64,000 bases of DNA from Nevskiaceae bacterium. GTDB lineage: Bacteria > Pseudomonadota > Gammaproteobacteria > Nevskiales > Nevskiaceae. The stretch lies in assembly GCA_036379455.1 (NCBI GenBank), contig DASVGQ010000054.1, positions 277-64,276 of the forward strand, in the 5' to 3' direction. Below the pieces are notes generated by a model that had not been told where the DNA came from, searched no databases, and was given only the letters and a program-made list of their open reading frames with translations. Positions 16,619 through 26,056 of this stretch are shown here, piece by piece; the stretch's first letter is position 1, and each line of letters starts with the position of its first letter. A program made the translations under genes and the position numbers.

Positions 16619-17599
16619 ATGCAGCCGTGGTTCCGGAGGACGCTCGACCCGCTCTACGCGGCGGTCCCGCTGTTCACGTCCAGCGATCTCGGCGAAGTGC
16701 GCTGGCGCACGACGGCGGCCCTGAAGGAGCACGAGCTCAACTGGCGCTCGGGTCGGGTGGACTCCTCGTTGTGCACGCTCGCCGTCGGCGATGCCTCCTT
16801 GATGCTGCTGCGCTACGGCGCGGCCGTCACCGTGACCCCCGGCGCGCTGCAGGACTTCTTGTTGTTCCAGGTGCCGGTATGGGGCGCTGCGTCGATCACG
16901 GTGGGCGGTACGCGGCTGCGCACGGACGCGTGCACCGCGGCCCTCATCTCGCCGACCCTGTCGCTGCAGCTGCAGTGGGAGGAGGGGTGCGAGCAGCTGC
17001 TGGTGAAGTTCCCTCGCGAACGCGTCGAGCGCCTGTGCGGCTGGCTGCTCGGCATGCCGATCACGACGCCGATCGAATTCCAGCCGTGCTTTGCGATGGA
17101 CAGCGCTGCCGGATGCTGCTGGCAGCATCAGCTCGGCGCGCTGCTCGCATGGCGCCGGCGCCCGCCCGCCCGATCGTTGGAGCGCTGGGCGGATGCGCAG
17201 CAGGAGGCCCTTATTCAGTACCTGCTGCTGAGCCAGCCGCACAACTACTCGGCCCTGCTGGAGCAAGGGCCCAGCGGTGCGAGCCGCAACCTGCGGCGTG
17301 CCGCGGAATACATCGCGGCACATCTGCAGGAGCCGCTTGTGCTTGCACGCATTGCGCGCGCCGGCGGCGTGAGCGTGCGCAGCCTGTGTGCCGGCTTTCG
17401 CGAGCACTTCGGGCAGTCGCCGATGGCCTACGTGCGCAGCCAGCGCATGGACCACGCGCGCTCCGAGTTGATGCGGGCCCCGCCCGGAACGCATGTGACG
17501 GACGTGGCGCTGCGCTGGGGTTTCACGCACCTCGGGCGGTTCTGCGCCCGCTATCGGCGCCGCTACGGCGAAACGCCGGCCGAGACGCTGAGGAAGTAG
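16619..17599 (+). CDS. AraC family transcriptional regulator
   Basis: 326 aa. C-terminal double HTH (LARIARAGGVSVRSLCAGFREHFGQSPMAYVRSQRMDHARSEL...DVALRWGFTHLGRFCARYRRRYGETP). Divergent from the SBP-dioxygenase operon. Confidence 0.88.
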   Translation: MQPWFRRTLDPLYAAVPLFTSSDLGEVRWRTTAALKEHELNWRSGRVDSSLCTLAVGDASLMLLRYGAAVTVTPGALQDFLLFQVPVWGAASITVGGTRLRTDACTAALISPTLSLQLQWEEGCEQLLVKFPRERVERLCGWLLGMPITTPIEFQPCFAMDSAAGCCWQHQLGALLAWRRRPPARSLERWADAQQEALIQYLLLSQPHNYSALLEQGPSGASRNLRRAAEYIAAHLQEPLVLARIARAGGVSVRSLCAGFREHFGQSPMAYVRSQRMDHARSELMRAPPGTHVTDVALRWGFTHLGRFCARYRRRYGETPAETLRK

Positions 17600-17620
17600 C
17601 GGGGTCCGCCGCGCCGACGG

Positions 17621-18790
17621 TCAGCGCGCGTCGTCGCGCAGCAGCTCGCGCGCGATGATCAGCAGCTGGACCTCACTGGCGCCTTCGTAGATGCGCAGCG
17701 CGCGGATGTCGCGGTAGAGCCGCTCGACCGGCTGCTCGCTGACCACACCCAGACCCCCGTGCAGCTGCACCGCCGCATCGATGACGCGCTGCGCGTTCTC
17801 GGTGGCGGTGAGCTTGGCCATGGCGGCCTCGCGGGTCACGCGCTGGCCCTGGTCTCGCTGCCACGCGGCGCGGTAGGTCAGCAGTGCGGCGCTGTCGATG
17901 GCGGTCGCCATTTCGGCGAGCTTCGCCTGCGTGATCTGGAAATCCGCGAGCACGCCTTTGAACATCTTGCGGCTGATGGCGCGTGCCAGTCCCTCGTCCA
18001 ACGCTCGACGTGCGAAGCCCAGCGCCGCGGCGGCGACGGATGTGCGAAAGACGTCAAGGGTGCGCATGGCCACCTTGAAGCCTTCTGCCGGGTTTCCCAG
18101 CCGCTGGGTGGCGGGGATGCGACAGTTCGTGAAACGCAGGCGCGCCAGCGGATGGGGGGCGATGACTTCGATGCGTTCGGCAATCTCGAAGCCCGGCGTT
18201 CCGGCATCGACGATGAACGCGGTGATGCCGCGCGACCCCGGCGCCTCGCCGGTGCGCGCGAAAACCACGTAGAAGTCCGCGATGCCACCGTTCGAGATCC
18301 ACATCTTCTCGCCGTCGAGCACGTAGTGATCCCCGTCGTGGCGCGCGGTGCAGGACAGCGCGGCGACGTCCGAGCCGGCGTCGGGTTCAGACAGCGCGAA
18401 CGCGGCGATCGCGGCTCCGCTGGCCACGCGCGGCAGATAGCGCTGCTTCTGCTGCGCTGTCCCATGCAGAGAAATGGCGCCCGAGCCCAGCCCCTGCATC
18501 GCGAAGGCGAAGTCCGCCAGCCCCGAATGCCGCGCCAGCGTTTCGCGGATCAGGCAGATCGCGCGCGTGTCGATGGTGTCCGTTGCCCCGCCATAGGAGG
18601 TGCCGGCGATCGCGTGGCGCAGCCAGCCGTCCGTGCCCAGAGCCTTCACCAGCGCGCGGCAGGTATCGTCGACGTCGCGACCGTGGTTCGCGGCGATGTG
18701 TTCGGTCGCCCACGCGTCGAGCGCGGTCGCCAGCTCCCGATGGCGTTCTTCGAAGAACGGCCACTGCAGGTAGCTCTTGTCGGACGTCAT
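17621..18790 (-). CDS. Acyl-CoA dehydrogenase
   Basis: ATG at 18790 ([13 protein letters not shown]), overlapping the upstream stop by 1 nt (TGATG). ACAD pattern ...[11 protein letters not shown]...WISNG...YEGASEVQ. 389 aa. Confidence 0.88.
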   Translation of the reverse strand: MTSDKSYLQWPFFEERHRELATALDAWATEHIAANHGRDVDDTCRALVKALGTDGWLRHAIAGTSYGGATDTIDTRAICLIRETLARHSGLADFAFAMQGLGSGAISLHGTAQQKQRYLPRVASGAAIAAFALSEPDAGSDVAALSCTARHDGDHYVLDGEKMWISNGGIADFYVVFARTGEAPGSRGITAFIVDAGTPGFEIAERIEVIAPHPLARLRFTNCRIPATQRLGNPAEGFKVAMRTLDVFRTSVAAAALGFARRALDEGLARAISRKMFKGVLADFQITQAKLAEMATAIDSAALLTYRAAWQRDQGQRVTREAAMAKLTATENAQRVIDAAVQLHGGLGVVSEQPVERLYRDIRALRIYEGASEVQLLIIARELLRDDAR

Positions 18791-19644
18791 CAGTTGCCCT
18801 CGAATTTCGGCTTCTGCTTGGCGACGAAGGCGCGGTAGGCACGCGCGAAATCTTCCGTCAGCATGCACAGCGCCTGCGCCTGGGCTTCAGACTCGATCGC
18901 CTGGTCGATGGTCATCGACCACTCCTGGTGGAGCATGGTCTTGGTGATGCCGTTGGCGAAGCTCGGGCCCTGCGTGAGGCGGGCGGCGAGGGCCTGCGCG
19001 TCGGCGAGCAGGGACTCGGGTTCGCACAGGCGGTTGAAGAAGCCCCATCGCTCGCCTTCTTCGCCGCCCAGACTGCGCCCGGTATACAGCAGCTCGCTGG
19101 CGCGCCCCTGCCCGATCAGACGCGGGAGCATGGCGCAGGCGCCCATGTCGCAGCCCGCCAGCCCGACGCGGTTGAAGAGAAAGGCCGTCTTGCTGCGCGC
19201 GGTGCCGACGCGCATGTCCGACGCCATCGCAAGGATGGCGCCGGCGCCAGCGCATACGCCGTCCACCGCCGCGACGATCGGCTGCGGGCAGGCGCGCATC
19301 ATCTTCACGACTTCGCCGGTCATGCGCGTGAAAAGCAGGAGTTCTGGAGCCTTCATGCGCACCAGCGGGCCGATGATCTCGTGTACGTCACCGCCCGAGC
19401 AGAAGTTCTCGCCGGCGCCCGTCACCACCACGGCCTTGACGTCCTCCGCCCACTTGAGCTCATGGAAGAGATCGCGCAGCTCCGCGTAGCTCTCGAAGGT
19501 CAGTGGGTTCTTTCGCTCCGGCCGGTTGAGCGTGATCGTCGCCACCTGCTCGCGCACGTCCCAGCGGAAGTGTCGCGCCGCGTAGCTTGCAAGCTGCCGG
19601 CGGTTGCCGGCCACCAAGCCGGGATCAACGCGTCCGTCGTTCAT
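18790..19644 (-). CDS. Enoyl-CoA hydratase/isomerase (crotonase) family protein
   Basis: 284 aa. [16 protein letters not shown]...[15 protein letters not shown] is the crotonase fold signature. Confidence 0.88.
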   Translation of the reverse strand: MNDGRVDPGLVAGNRRQLASYAARHFRWDVREQVATITLNRPERKNPLTFESYAELRDLFHELKWAEDVKAVVVTGAGENFCSGGDVHEIIGPLVRMKAPELLLFTRMTGEVVKMMRACPQPIVAAVDGVCAGAGAILAMASDMRVGTARSKTAFLFNRVGLAGCDMGACAMLPRLIGQGRASELLYTGRSLGGEEGERWGFFNRLCEPESLLADAQALAARLTQGPSFANGITKTMLHQEWSMTIDQAIESEAQAQALCMLTEDFARAYRAFVAKQKPKFEGN

Positions 19645-19762
19645 CGAGTTGCTCCTTCATCGTTTTACCTCGCGACCAAGCGGTGCCGCTGCCGGAGAAC
19701 CGGTGTCAGGTCGTTCGGACGCTCCGCGCTGCGGCTGGATATGCCTTTGCCGCCCGCTGCGG

Positions 19763-20539
19763 CTAGGGCATCACCTCGCCGCCGCTGACGGACACTGACT
19801 GCCCGGTGACAGCCCCCGTGTTCTCGCCGCACAGCCATGCCACCGTGTCAGCCACTTCCACCGGTTCCACGAGCCGGTGCTGCGGGTTCACCTTGATGAA
19901 CTCCTCGAGCGCCGACTCCTCGCTCCGGCCGGTTTTCGCCACCACACGTCTGATGCTTTCCTTGACCAGGTCGGTGTTGGCATAGCCGGGGCAGACGGCG
20001 TTGACCGTCACGCCCTTCTTTGCCATTTCCAGTGCCAGCGCCCGCGTCAGCCCGACCACGCCGTGCTTGGCCGCCACATACGCCGTGACGTAGGCATAGC
20101 CGACCTTGCCGGCGGTGCTGGCGATATTGACGATGCGTCCCCAGCCGGCTTCGACCATCGCCGGCAGCACCGCGTGCGTGCACAGCATGGTGCCGGTGAG
20201 GTTGACGTCGAGCATGCGTTGCCACAGCGCGAGATCCATCTTCAGGAACGGCGCGCTGGAAGCCATGCCGGCGTTGTTGACGAGGATGTCCACCCGCCCG
20301 AAGCGCTGGTTGGCGTCGGCGACCGCCGCCTGCACCTGCTGCTCGCTGGTGATGTCCGCCGCCACCGCGTGCAGATGCTCGGGGTCCTTCGTCGCCAGCT
20401 GCTGGGCGCCTTCCAGGCGAACGTCCAGGATCGTCACGCGGTGTCCGTCGGCCACGAGGCGCCGCGCGATCGCCGCGCCGATCCCGCGGCTGCCGCCGGT
20501 AACCAGCGCGTGGCGCCCGGGCTTGACCCCAGAGCTCAC
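19763..20539 (-). CDS. SDR-type 3-hydroxyacyl-CoA dehydrogenase-like oxidoreductase
   Basis: GTG at 20539 overlapping the upstream TGA (GTGA). ALVTGGSRGIG, NNAG, YVAAKHG (Y-x3-K). 258 aa. The longer track ORF 19763..20860 overlaps the upstream gene and is rejected. Confidence 0.85.
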   Translation of the reverse strand: MSSGVKPGRHALVTGGSRGIGAAIARRLVADGHRVTILDVRLEGAQQLATKDPEHLHAVAADITSEQQVQAAVADANQRFGRVDILVNNAGMASSAPFLKMDLALWQRMLDVNLTGTMLCTHAVLPAMVEAGWGRIVNIASTAGKVGYAYVTAYVAAKHGVVGLTRALALEMAKKGVTVNAVCPGYANTDLVKESIRRVVAKTGRSEESALEEFIKVNPQHRLVEPVEVADTVAWLCGENTGAVTGQSVSVSGGEVMP

Positions 20540-22905
20540 AGGTTGACCCCCGCACGCGCACGGATGCGCGCCGTCTCCAGCGCGGCGGCCTGTGCCGCCT
20601 GGCTGCGCTCGAAGTTCGCTTCCATCTGCCGCTTGCCTTGGTAGTACTGCTTGGGCCACTTGATGTTGCGGTAACCGAGCTTGGCCGCTTCCGTGAGCGT
20701 CCACGCCGGGTTGGCGAGGTGCGGGCGCGCGATGGCGCACAGATCGGCGCGGCCGGCACCCAGGATGCTGTTGACGTGGTCGGCCTCGAAGATTGCGCCG
20801 ACGGCGATGGTCGCGATGTGCGCTTCCTGGCGGACTTCGTCCGCGAACGGCGTCTGCCACATGCGGCCGTAGGTCGGCTTCTCGTCCTTGCTGACCTGTC
20901 CCGCCGAGCAGTCGATCATGTCCGCGCCAGCGGCCTTGAAGGCCTTGGCGATCACCACCGCGTCGTCCGGCGTGATGCCGCCGTCAACCCAGTCCGTCGC
21001 GGAGATACGCACTGACATCGGCTTCTCCTGCGGCCAGATGGCGCGCATGGCAGTGAAGATCTCCAGCGGGTAGCGCAGGCGATTGGCCAGCGAGCCGCCG
21101 TATTCGTCGGTGCGATGGTTCGTCAGCGGCGAGATGAACTCGGACAGCAGGTAGCCGTGCGCGCAGTGCAGCTCGAGCCAGTCCGCGCCCACTTCGATGA
21201 CTGCGCGCGTGGACGCCAGGAACTGTTCCTTGACCATGTCCATGTCGGCGCGCGTCATCTCGCGCGAGATCTGGCTCACGCCTTTCAGGTATTGCTGCGG
21301 CGATGCCGAGATGATCGGCCAGTTGCCTTCCTCGAGTGGCAGGTCGGTGCCGTCCCACGCCAGTCGCGTCGAAGCCTTGGCACCGGCATGACCGAGTTGC
21401 ATGCCGAAGCGTGCGTCCGTGTTGGCATGGATCCAGTCCGAAATGCGCTTGAAGGCCGCGGTGTGCTCCGGCTTGTAGAGCCCCGGACATCCGGGCGTGA
21501 TGCGGCCTTCCGGACTTACGCAGGTCATCTCGGACACCACCATTGCGGCACCGCCGAGCGCGCGGGCGCCGAGATGCACGAGATGGAAGTCGCCGACCAG
21601 TCCATCGACCGCCGAGTACTGCGCCATCGGTGAGCAGATGATGCGGTTCTTGAGCGTGACGTCGCGCACCTTGTACGGCAGGAACATGGGAGGCGGGGGC
21701 GTTTCGTCCTTGCCGACGTGGAAGCCGTTCTTCTCGGCGAACCAGCGTTCGTAGCCCTCGAGCCACGCCTTGTCGCGCAGCCGCAGGTTCTCGTGGCTGA
21801 TGCGCTGGCTGCGGGTCAGCAGCGAGTACATCAGCTGCTCGGGTTCGAACTGGTCGCAGTAGCGCTTGCCGCACACCTCGAACCATTCCATCGCGTTGCG
21901 CGCCGCGTTCTGCAGTCGCAGCGTCTCGATGCGTCGTGATTCCTGGTAGGCGGCGAGCACTTCGGGAATGTTCTCCTTGCGATCGCCGAGGCGCTGGAAC
22001 TGCTTGGTGAGCTCGATGCCGTCCTCGATGGCCAGCTTGGTTCCGGCACCGATGGCGAAGTGGGCGGTGTGCACCGCATCGCCCATCAGTACCACGTGCG
22101 CGCCATGCTTGTTCTTGAGCCACCACTGGTCACAGACGACGCGCGAGAAATTCAGCCACGCCGAACCGCGCAGGTGCCGCGCGTTGGTTTCCAGCTTGGC
22201 GCCCTGGAGGTTGTCGGCAAACAGCTTCTCGCAGTAGGCGATGGACTGCTGCTGGTCCATCTTGTCGATGCCTTCTGCCTTCCACGTCTCCTCGGTGGTT
22301 TCGACGATGAAGGTGGAGCTGGTGTCGTCAAACTTGTAGATGTGGGCCTGGACCCAGCCATGCGGCGTCTTGCGGAAGTCGAAGGTGAAGGCGTCGTAGA
22401 GGCGGTGCGTGCCGAGCCAGATGAAGCGGTTCGGACGCACGCTGATGTCCGGCTTGAAGATCTCCGCGTATTCCGTGCGGATCTTGGAATTGATGCCGTC
22501 GCTGGCGATGATCAGGTCGGCATCGGGGTAGTCTTCGTCCGAATCCACCTCGGTCTCGAACACGAGCTTGACGTCGAGCTGCTCGCAGCGGCGCTGCAGG
22601 ATGTTGAGCAGGTTCTTGCGGTAGATGCCGACGAAGCCGTGGCCACCGGAGCGGATGTGGCGTCCCTTGAAGAGCAGCTCGATGTCATCCCAGTGATTGA
22701 AGGCCGCCTGGATCTCGTCCGCGCTCTCGCGGTCCCAGGCCCGCATGTTGTCCATCGTCAGATCGGAGAACACCACGCCCCAACCGAAGGTGTCGTAGGG
22801 CCGGTTGCGCTCTACGACGGTGATGTCGTGCTTGGCGTTGAGCTTCTTCATGAGCAGCGCCAAGTACAGACCGGCGGGTCCCCCCCCGATGCATACGATC
22901 TTCAT
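20536..22905 (-). CDS. Fused FAD aromatic monooxygenase / old-yellow-enzyme-type reductase (2-aminobenzoyl-CoA monooxygenase/reductase or salicylyl-CoA 5-hydroxylase architecture)
   Basis: 789 aa (about 87 kDa). N-terminal MKIVCIGGGPAGLYLALLM FAD fold and ...LMGDAVHTAHFAIGAGTKLAIEDG hydroxylase motif. The C-terminal half (NRIICSPMAQYSAVDG...GMQLGHAGAKAS...LELHCAHGYLLSEFISP) is an OYE/FMN TIM barrel. This two-domain fusion and size are characteristic of ACMR-type enzymes. Confidence 0.85.
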   Translation of the reverse strand: MKIVCIGGGPAGLYLALLMKKLNAKHDITVVERNRPYDTFGWGVVFSDLTMDNMRAWDRESADEIQAAFNHWDDIELLFKGRHIRSGGHGFVGIYRKNLLNILQRRCEQLDVKLVFETEVDSDEDYPDADLIIASDGINSKIRTEYAEIFKPDISVRPNRFIWLGTHRLYDAFTFDFRKTPHGWVQAHIYKFDDTSSTFIVETTEETWKAEGIDKMDQQQSIAYCEKLFADNLQGAKLETNARHLRGSAWLNFSRVVCDQWWLKNKHGAHVVLMGDAVHTAHFAIGAGTKLAIEDGIELTKQFQRLGDRKENIPEVLAAYQESRRIETLRLQNAARNAMEWFEVCGKRYCDQFEPEQLMYSLLTRSQRISHENLRLRDKAWLEGYERWFAEKNGFHVGKDETPPPPMFLPYKVRDVTLKNRIICSPMAQYSAVDGLVGDFHLVHLGARALGGAAMVVSEMTCVSPEGRITPGCPGLYKPEHTAAFKRISDWIHANTDARFGMQLGHAGAKASTRLAWDGTDLPLEEGNWPIISASPQQYLKGVSQISREMTRADMDMVKEQFLASTRAVIEVGADWLELHCAHGYLLSEFISPLTNHRTDEYGGSLANRLRYPLEIFTAMRAIWPQEKPMSVRISATDWVDGGITPDDAVVIAKAFKAAGADMIDCSAGQVSKDEKPTYGRMWQTPFADEVRQEAHIATIAVGAIFEADHVNSILGAGRADLCAIARPHLANPAWTLTEAAKLGYRNIKWPKQYYQGKRQMEANFERSQAAQAAALETARIRARAGVNL

Positions 22906-23131
22906 TCCGCTCTTCCTCTGGTGGTTTTTCAGGGCCAGGGCCTACCCTGCCCGGCAGCTTTTTACAGCCTAAGTGATCGCACGATGCGTGGGAAGTGAAC
23001 GCGATTGCGGCGGACCGGGCGCTTCGGCGGCGGCCTGACGCCGGTCGCGGCGGCGCTCCGGGGACCGCGCTATGTTCCGTGGCGGGTGCGGGCCGGTCGG
23101 AACCGGCGAGGAGGCGGGGAGGGTGGCGAAA

Positions 23132-24088
23132 ATGAGCGCGATGACCGTGCTGGGCCACCCCGCCGAGTGGCTGAGGCGCCGGGTGCTCGACGTGATCGCC
23201 CTGCCGGGGCGCGGCACCGGCATCGACTACACCCGCCCGGCGGGCGACGCCGGCCTGTTCGGCCCCGACAGCGTGGTGTGGACCATCCATGCGGATTTTC
23301 CCGGCATGATGGCGGGCGGCATCTGCGCCCTCATGCTGCAGGCGCTGCACCCGCTGGCGCTGGCCGGCGTCTACAACCACTCGGATTTTCGCCGCGATCC
23401 CCTCGGGCGGCTGCGGCGCACGATCGCCTTCGTCTCGGCCACGACCTACGCGCCGACGGCCGGCGCTCAGCGGCAGATTGAACGCGTACTGGCGATCCAC
23501 CGCACGGTGTGTGGGGTCGCACTCGACGGGCGGAAGTATTCGGCCTGCGACCCGGAGCTCCTGACCTGGGTGCACTGCGCGGAGATGTGGAGCTTCCTGC
23601 ATGGCTACATGTGCTATCGCCACGCACGGCTGCCGATCGCCGTGCAGGATCGCTATTACGACGAGACGCGACGCGTCGCCGAAGCGCTCGGCGCCCGCGA
23701 CGTCCCACGGTCGGCGGCGGGCATGGACGCCTATTTCGCACGCCTGCGACCCGAACTCGGCTGCGACGCGCGCACGCTTGAGGTGCTTGGCGTGCTGGAC
23801 AACATTCGCCTTCCGGTTCCGGCGGCGCCGTGGGTCCGCGCTCTGTTCGTCGGCGCCGGCGCGGCGCTGCTGCCGGACTGGGCGAGCCGGATGCTGGGTC
23901 GCGCCGGGCGCGCAAGGCAACGGCGGGACCGGCGTGCCAAGCGCCTGCTGCGCTGCAGCGCACCCATGCTGCGGGCCGCGATGGCCGGCAGTCGCGAAGG
24001 CATCGTCGCCCGCGCCAGCCGCCGGGTCGGCGCCGACCCGGCGCGCTACTACCGCGTTCCGACCCCGGGAGCTTCCAGCGCATCCTGA
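23132..24088 (+). CDS. MpaB/DUF2236 family oxygenase-like protein
   Basis: ATG at 23132 in ORF 23072..24088. DSVVWTIHADFPGMMAGGICALMLQALHPLALAGV...FRRDPLGRLRRT is the DUF2236 core pattern. Confidence 0.7.
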   Translation: MSAMTVLGHPAEWLRRRVLDVIALPGRGTGIDYTRPAGDAGLFGPDSVVWTIHADFPGMMAGGICALMLQALHPLALAGVYNHSDFRRDPLGRLRRTIAFVSATTYAPTAGAQRQIERVLAIHRTVCGVALDGRKYSACDPELLTWVHCAEMWSFLHGYMCYRHARLPIAVQDRYYDETRRVAEALGARDVPRSAAGMDAYFARLRPELGCDARTLEVLGVLDNIRLPVPAAPWVRALFVGAGAALLPDWASRMLGRAGRARQRRDRRAKRLLRCSAPMLRAAMAGSREGIVARASRRVGADPARYYRVPTPGASSAS

Positions 24089-25011
24089 GATCGGGGGCGC
24101 ATCTCTCCGGGAGGCGTCGCGCTCGTGTCCACGTCCATGGCGGCGAAGAGCTCGTCGATCATGGCTGTGCAAGTGCCGGTCATCAGGGCCAGTTCCGCTG
24201 CAAAACGCTCGGCCTCGGGCGACTCGGTGGCCTTGTCCGATTCGTCGATGTCGAGGAAACGCAGCTTCTTCAGCTGCAGCTTGGCGTCGACGACGAAACT
24301 CAGGCGGTCGCGCCAGACGAGGCCGAGACGCGACGCGCGAAAGCCGCTGTCCAGGTGCTGCCGCAGCTCCGGCGTCGGCAGCGGATGGCGCTGATAGCGC
24401 AGGATCGGCCGCGTCTCGTCGGAACCAGTGAGCTCGCATTCATCGCCGAGGATGAATCCCGGTCCGGCGCTGCCGCTGCGCAGCCACGCCGAGAGCGTGT
24501 CGTCCGGCGCGCGCTGCGCGGTCGGCAGCGACAGGTTGAGTTCGTCCAGGTCGTCGCGCAGGGCCTCTGTCGCCAGCTCCGCGGCGGCCGGTGAAGCGGA
24601 GTCGCACACCAGCCGGCGGCGCGTGGGATCGATCCAGGCGCGCAGCGTACGACGCCTGGTGAGCGCGCGGGGCAGCAGCTCGGTGGCGGCGCGATCCTTG
24701 AACTCCCGCTTCAGCTTGCGGCCCGGCTTGACGCCGTGGCTGCGTTCCCACTCCTGGGCGAAGGTGCGCGCGCGGTCGGCGATGACCGAAGCGGGCAGCA
24801 GCTTCTGCTCGACGCCCAGCGCAAGCAGGAGATGGCGATCCACGCTTTCCACCAGCGCGCCGCTGTCGCCCGGCGCCACCCATCCCCGGCTCGACCAGGC
24901 GAGCGGCCCGCACGGCTGCAGGCGGTGGCTGGCGAGCACCGCTTCGAGGCTGCCGGGCGCCATCTTCCAGTCGTCCTCGAGCCGGTAGATCTGCAGATTG
25001 CGAAACCACAT
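24049..25011 (-). CDS. rdgC: Recombination-associated protein RdgC
   Basis: 320 aa beginning MWFRNLQIYRL, the hallmark RdgC N-terminus. Length and overall pattern fit. Confidence 0.9.
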   Translation of the reverse strand: MWFRNLQIYRLEDDWKMAPGSLEAVLASHRLQPCGPLAWSSRGWVAPGDSGALVESVDRHLLLALGVEQKLLPASVIADRARTFAQEWERSHGVKPGRKLKREFKDRAATELLPRALTRRRTLRAWIDPTRRRLVCDSASPAAAELATEALRDDLDELNLSLPTAQRAPDDTLSAWLRSGSAGPGFILGDECELTGSDETRPILRYQRHPLPTPELRQHLDSGFRASRLGLVWRDRLSFVVDAKLQLKKLRFLDIDESDKATESPEAERFAAELALMTGTCTAMIDELFAAMDVDTSATPPGEMRPRSQDALEAPGVGTR

Positions 25012-25077
25012 CGGATGCCGCTCCCGCCGTGAGGGCCGGCGATTGTACGCGGCGCGGCGCCCCCGCCGGGGCGGCCG

Positions 25078-25995
25078 TCAGCGCGGGTCGCGTGGGATCC
25101 CGAAGCGCGTCCATACCGGCGTGATGGACGGCGGCAGCGGCGTAAGCCTGCCGAGCTGGCGCCAGGGCTGGGCCGGATCGTGGAAGTCGGATCCGACCGA
25201 GCCGAGCAGTCCGTGGCGCCGCGCCAGCTCCGCGGCGTGCGCCACGTTCGCGGGTCGGCTCGTGCCGCAGCAGACCTCCAGCGCATCGCCATCCGCGTCG
25301 CGGAACGCGCCGATCAGGCGGCCGAGGGCGCTCGCGGAGAGTCGATACGCGAAGGGGTGTGCGAGCGCGGCGCATCCGCCGGCGCCGTGGATCCACGCCA
25401 CGACCTCCGGCAGCGGCGCCCACGCGGCGGCGACGTAGGCGCGGCCGGTGCGCCCCAGAAAGCGCTTGAAGGCGCGCTGCGTGTCGCGGCACAGGCCGTC
25501 CTCGATCAGCAGCCGGGCAAAGTGCTGGCGCGTGATCTGGCCGTCCGTCGCCTCACGCTGTACGCGTTCAAGCGCATCTGCCACTCCGAGGGCCTCGAGC
25601 TTCTGCGCGATCCGCGTCGCCCGCGCGCGTCGCGTCGCCTGCAGCTCCGCCAGACCGCGCTGCAGCGCCTCATTTCCGCCGTCGAAACCGAGCCCCACGA
25701 CATGGACCGTGCGCTGCTCCCATCGACAGGACAGCTCCACGCCGCTGATGAGCCGGATGCCCCGGCGGCTCGCGGCAGCGGCGGCGGAAGGCAGGCCGGC
25801 CAACGTATCGTGGTCGGTGAGCGCCAGGGTGCGCACGCCGGCCGCGGCGGCGGCGGCAATGACGTCACCCGGCGCCAGCGTGCCGTCCGAGGCGAGGCTG
25901 TGACAGTGCAGGTCGATGTCGCTGGAAGCTGCGGGCACGATTGCAGGAGGCAGGCTTGAGCCGAGATCCGTGCCACGCACGGTTCGGCGTATCAT
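25078..25995 (-). CDS. PHP-domain phosphoesterase (TrpH/YciV-like 3',5'-nucleotide bisphosphate phosphatase)
   Basis: IDLHCHSLASDGTLAP...LALTDHDT PHP metal motifs. Start uncertain (ATG 25995 used; a downstream GTG is possible). Confidence 0.78.
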   Translation of the reverse strand: MIRRTVRGTDLGSSLPPAIVPAASSDIDLHCHSLASDGTLAPGDVIAAAAAAGVRTLALTDHDTLAGLPSAAAAASRRGIRLISGVELSCRWEQRTVHVVGLGFDGGNEALQRGLAELQATRRARATRIAQKLEALGVADALERVQREATDGQITRQHFARLLIEDGLCRDTQRAFKRFLGRTGRAYVAAAWAPLPEVVAWIHGAGGCAALAHPFAYRLSASALGRLIGAFRDADGDALEVCCGTSRPANVAHAAELARRHGLLGSVGSDFHDPAQPWRQLGRLTPLPPSITPVWTRFGIPRDPR

Positions 25996-26056
25996 GACCG
26001 CTTCTCGCCCGCCAAGTGGCGCTGTTGCGGTCGCAGCGCGTCCGCTTGAGCCTGTC

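Noticed and set aside
25993-25996. Overlapping divergent ATGs (PHP gene at 25995 on the minus strand, alternative MFS start at 25994 on the plus strand) as a regulatory curiosity.
   Set aside because: It is more simply explained by the MFS gene starting at the downstream ATG 26057. Start-codon choice here is uncertain.
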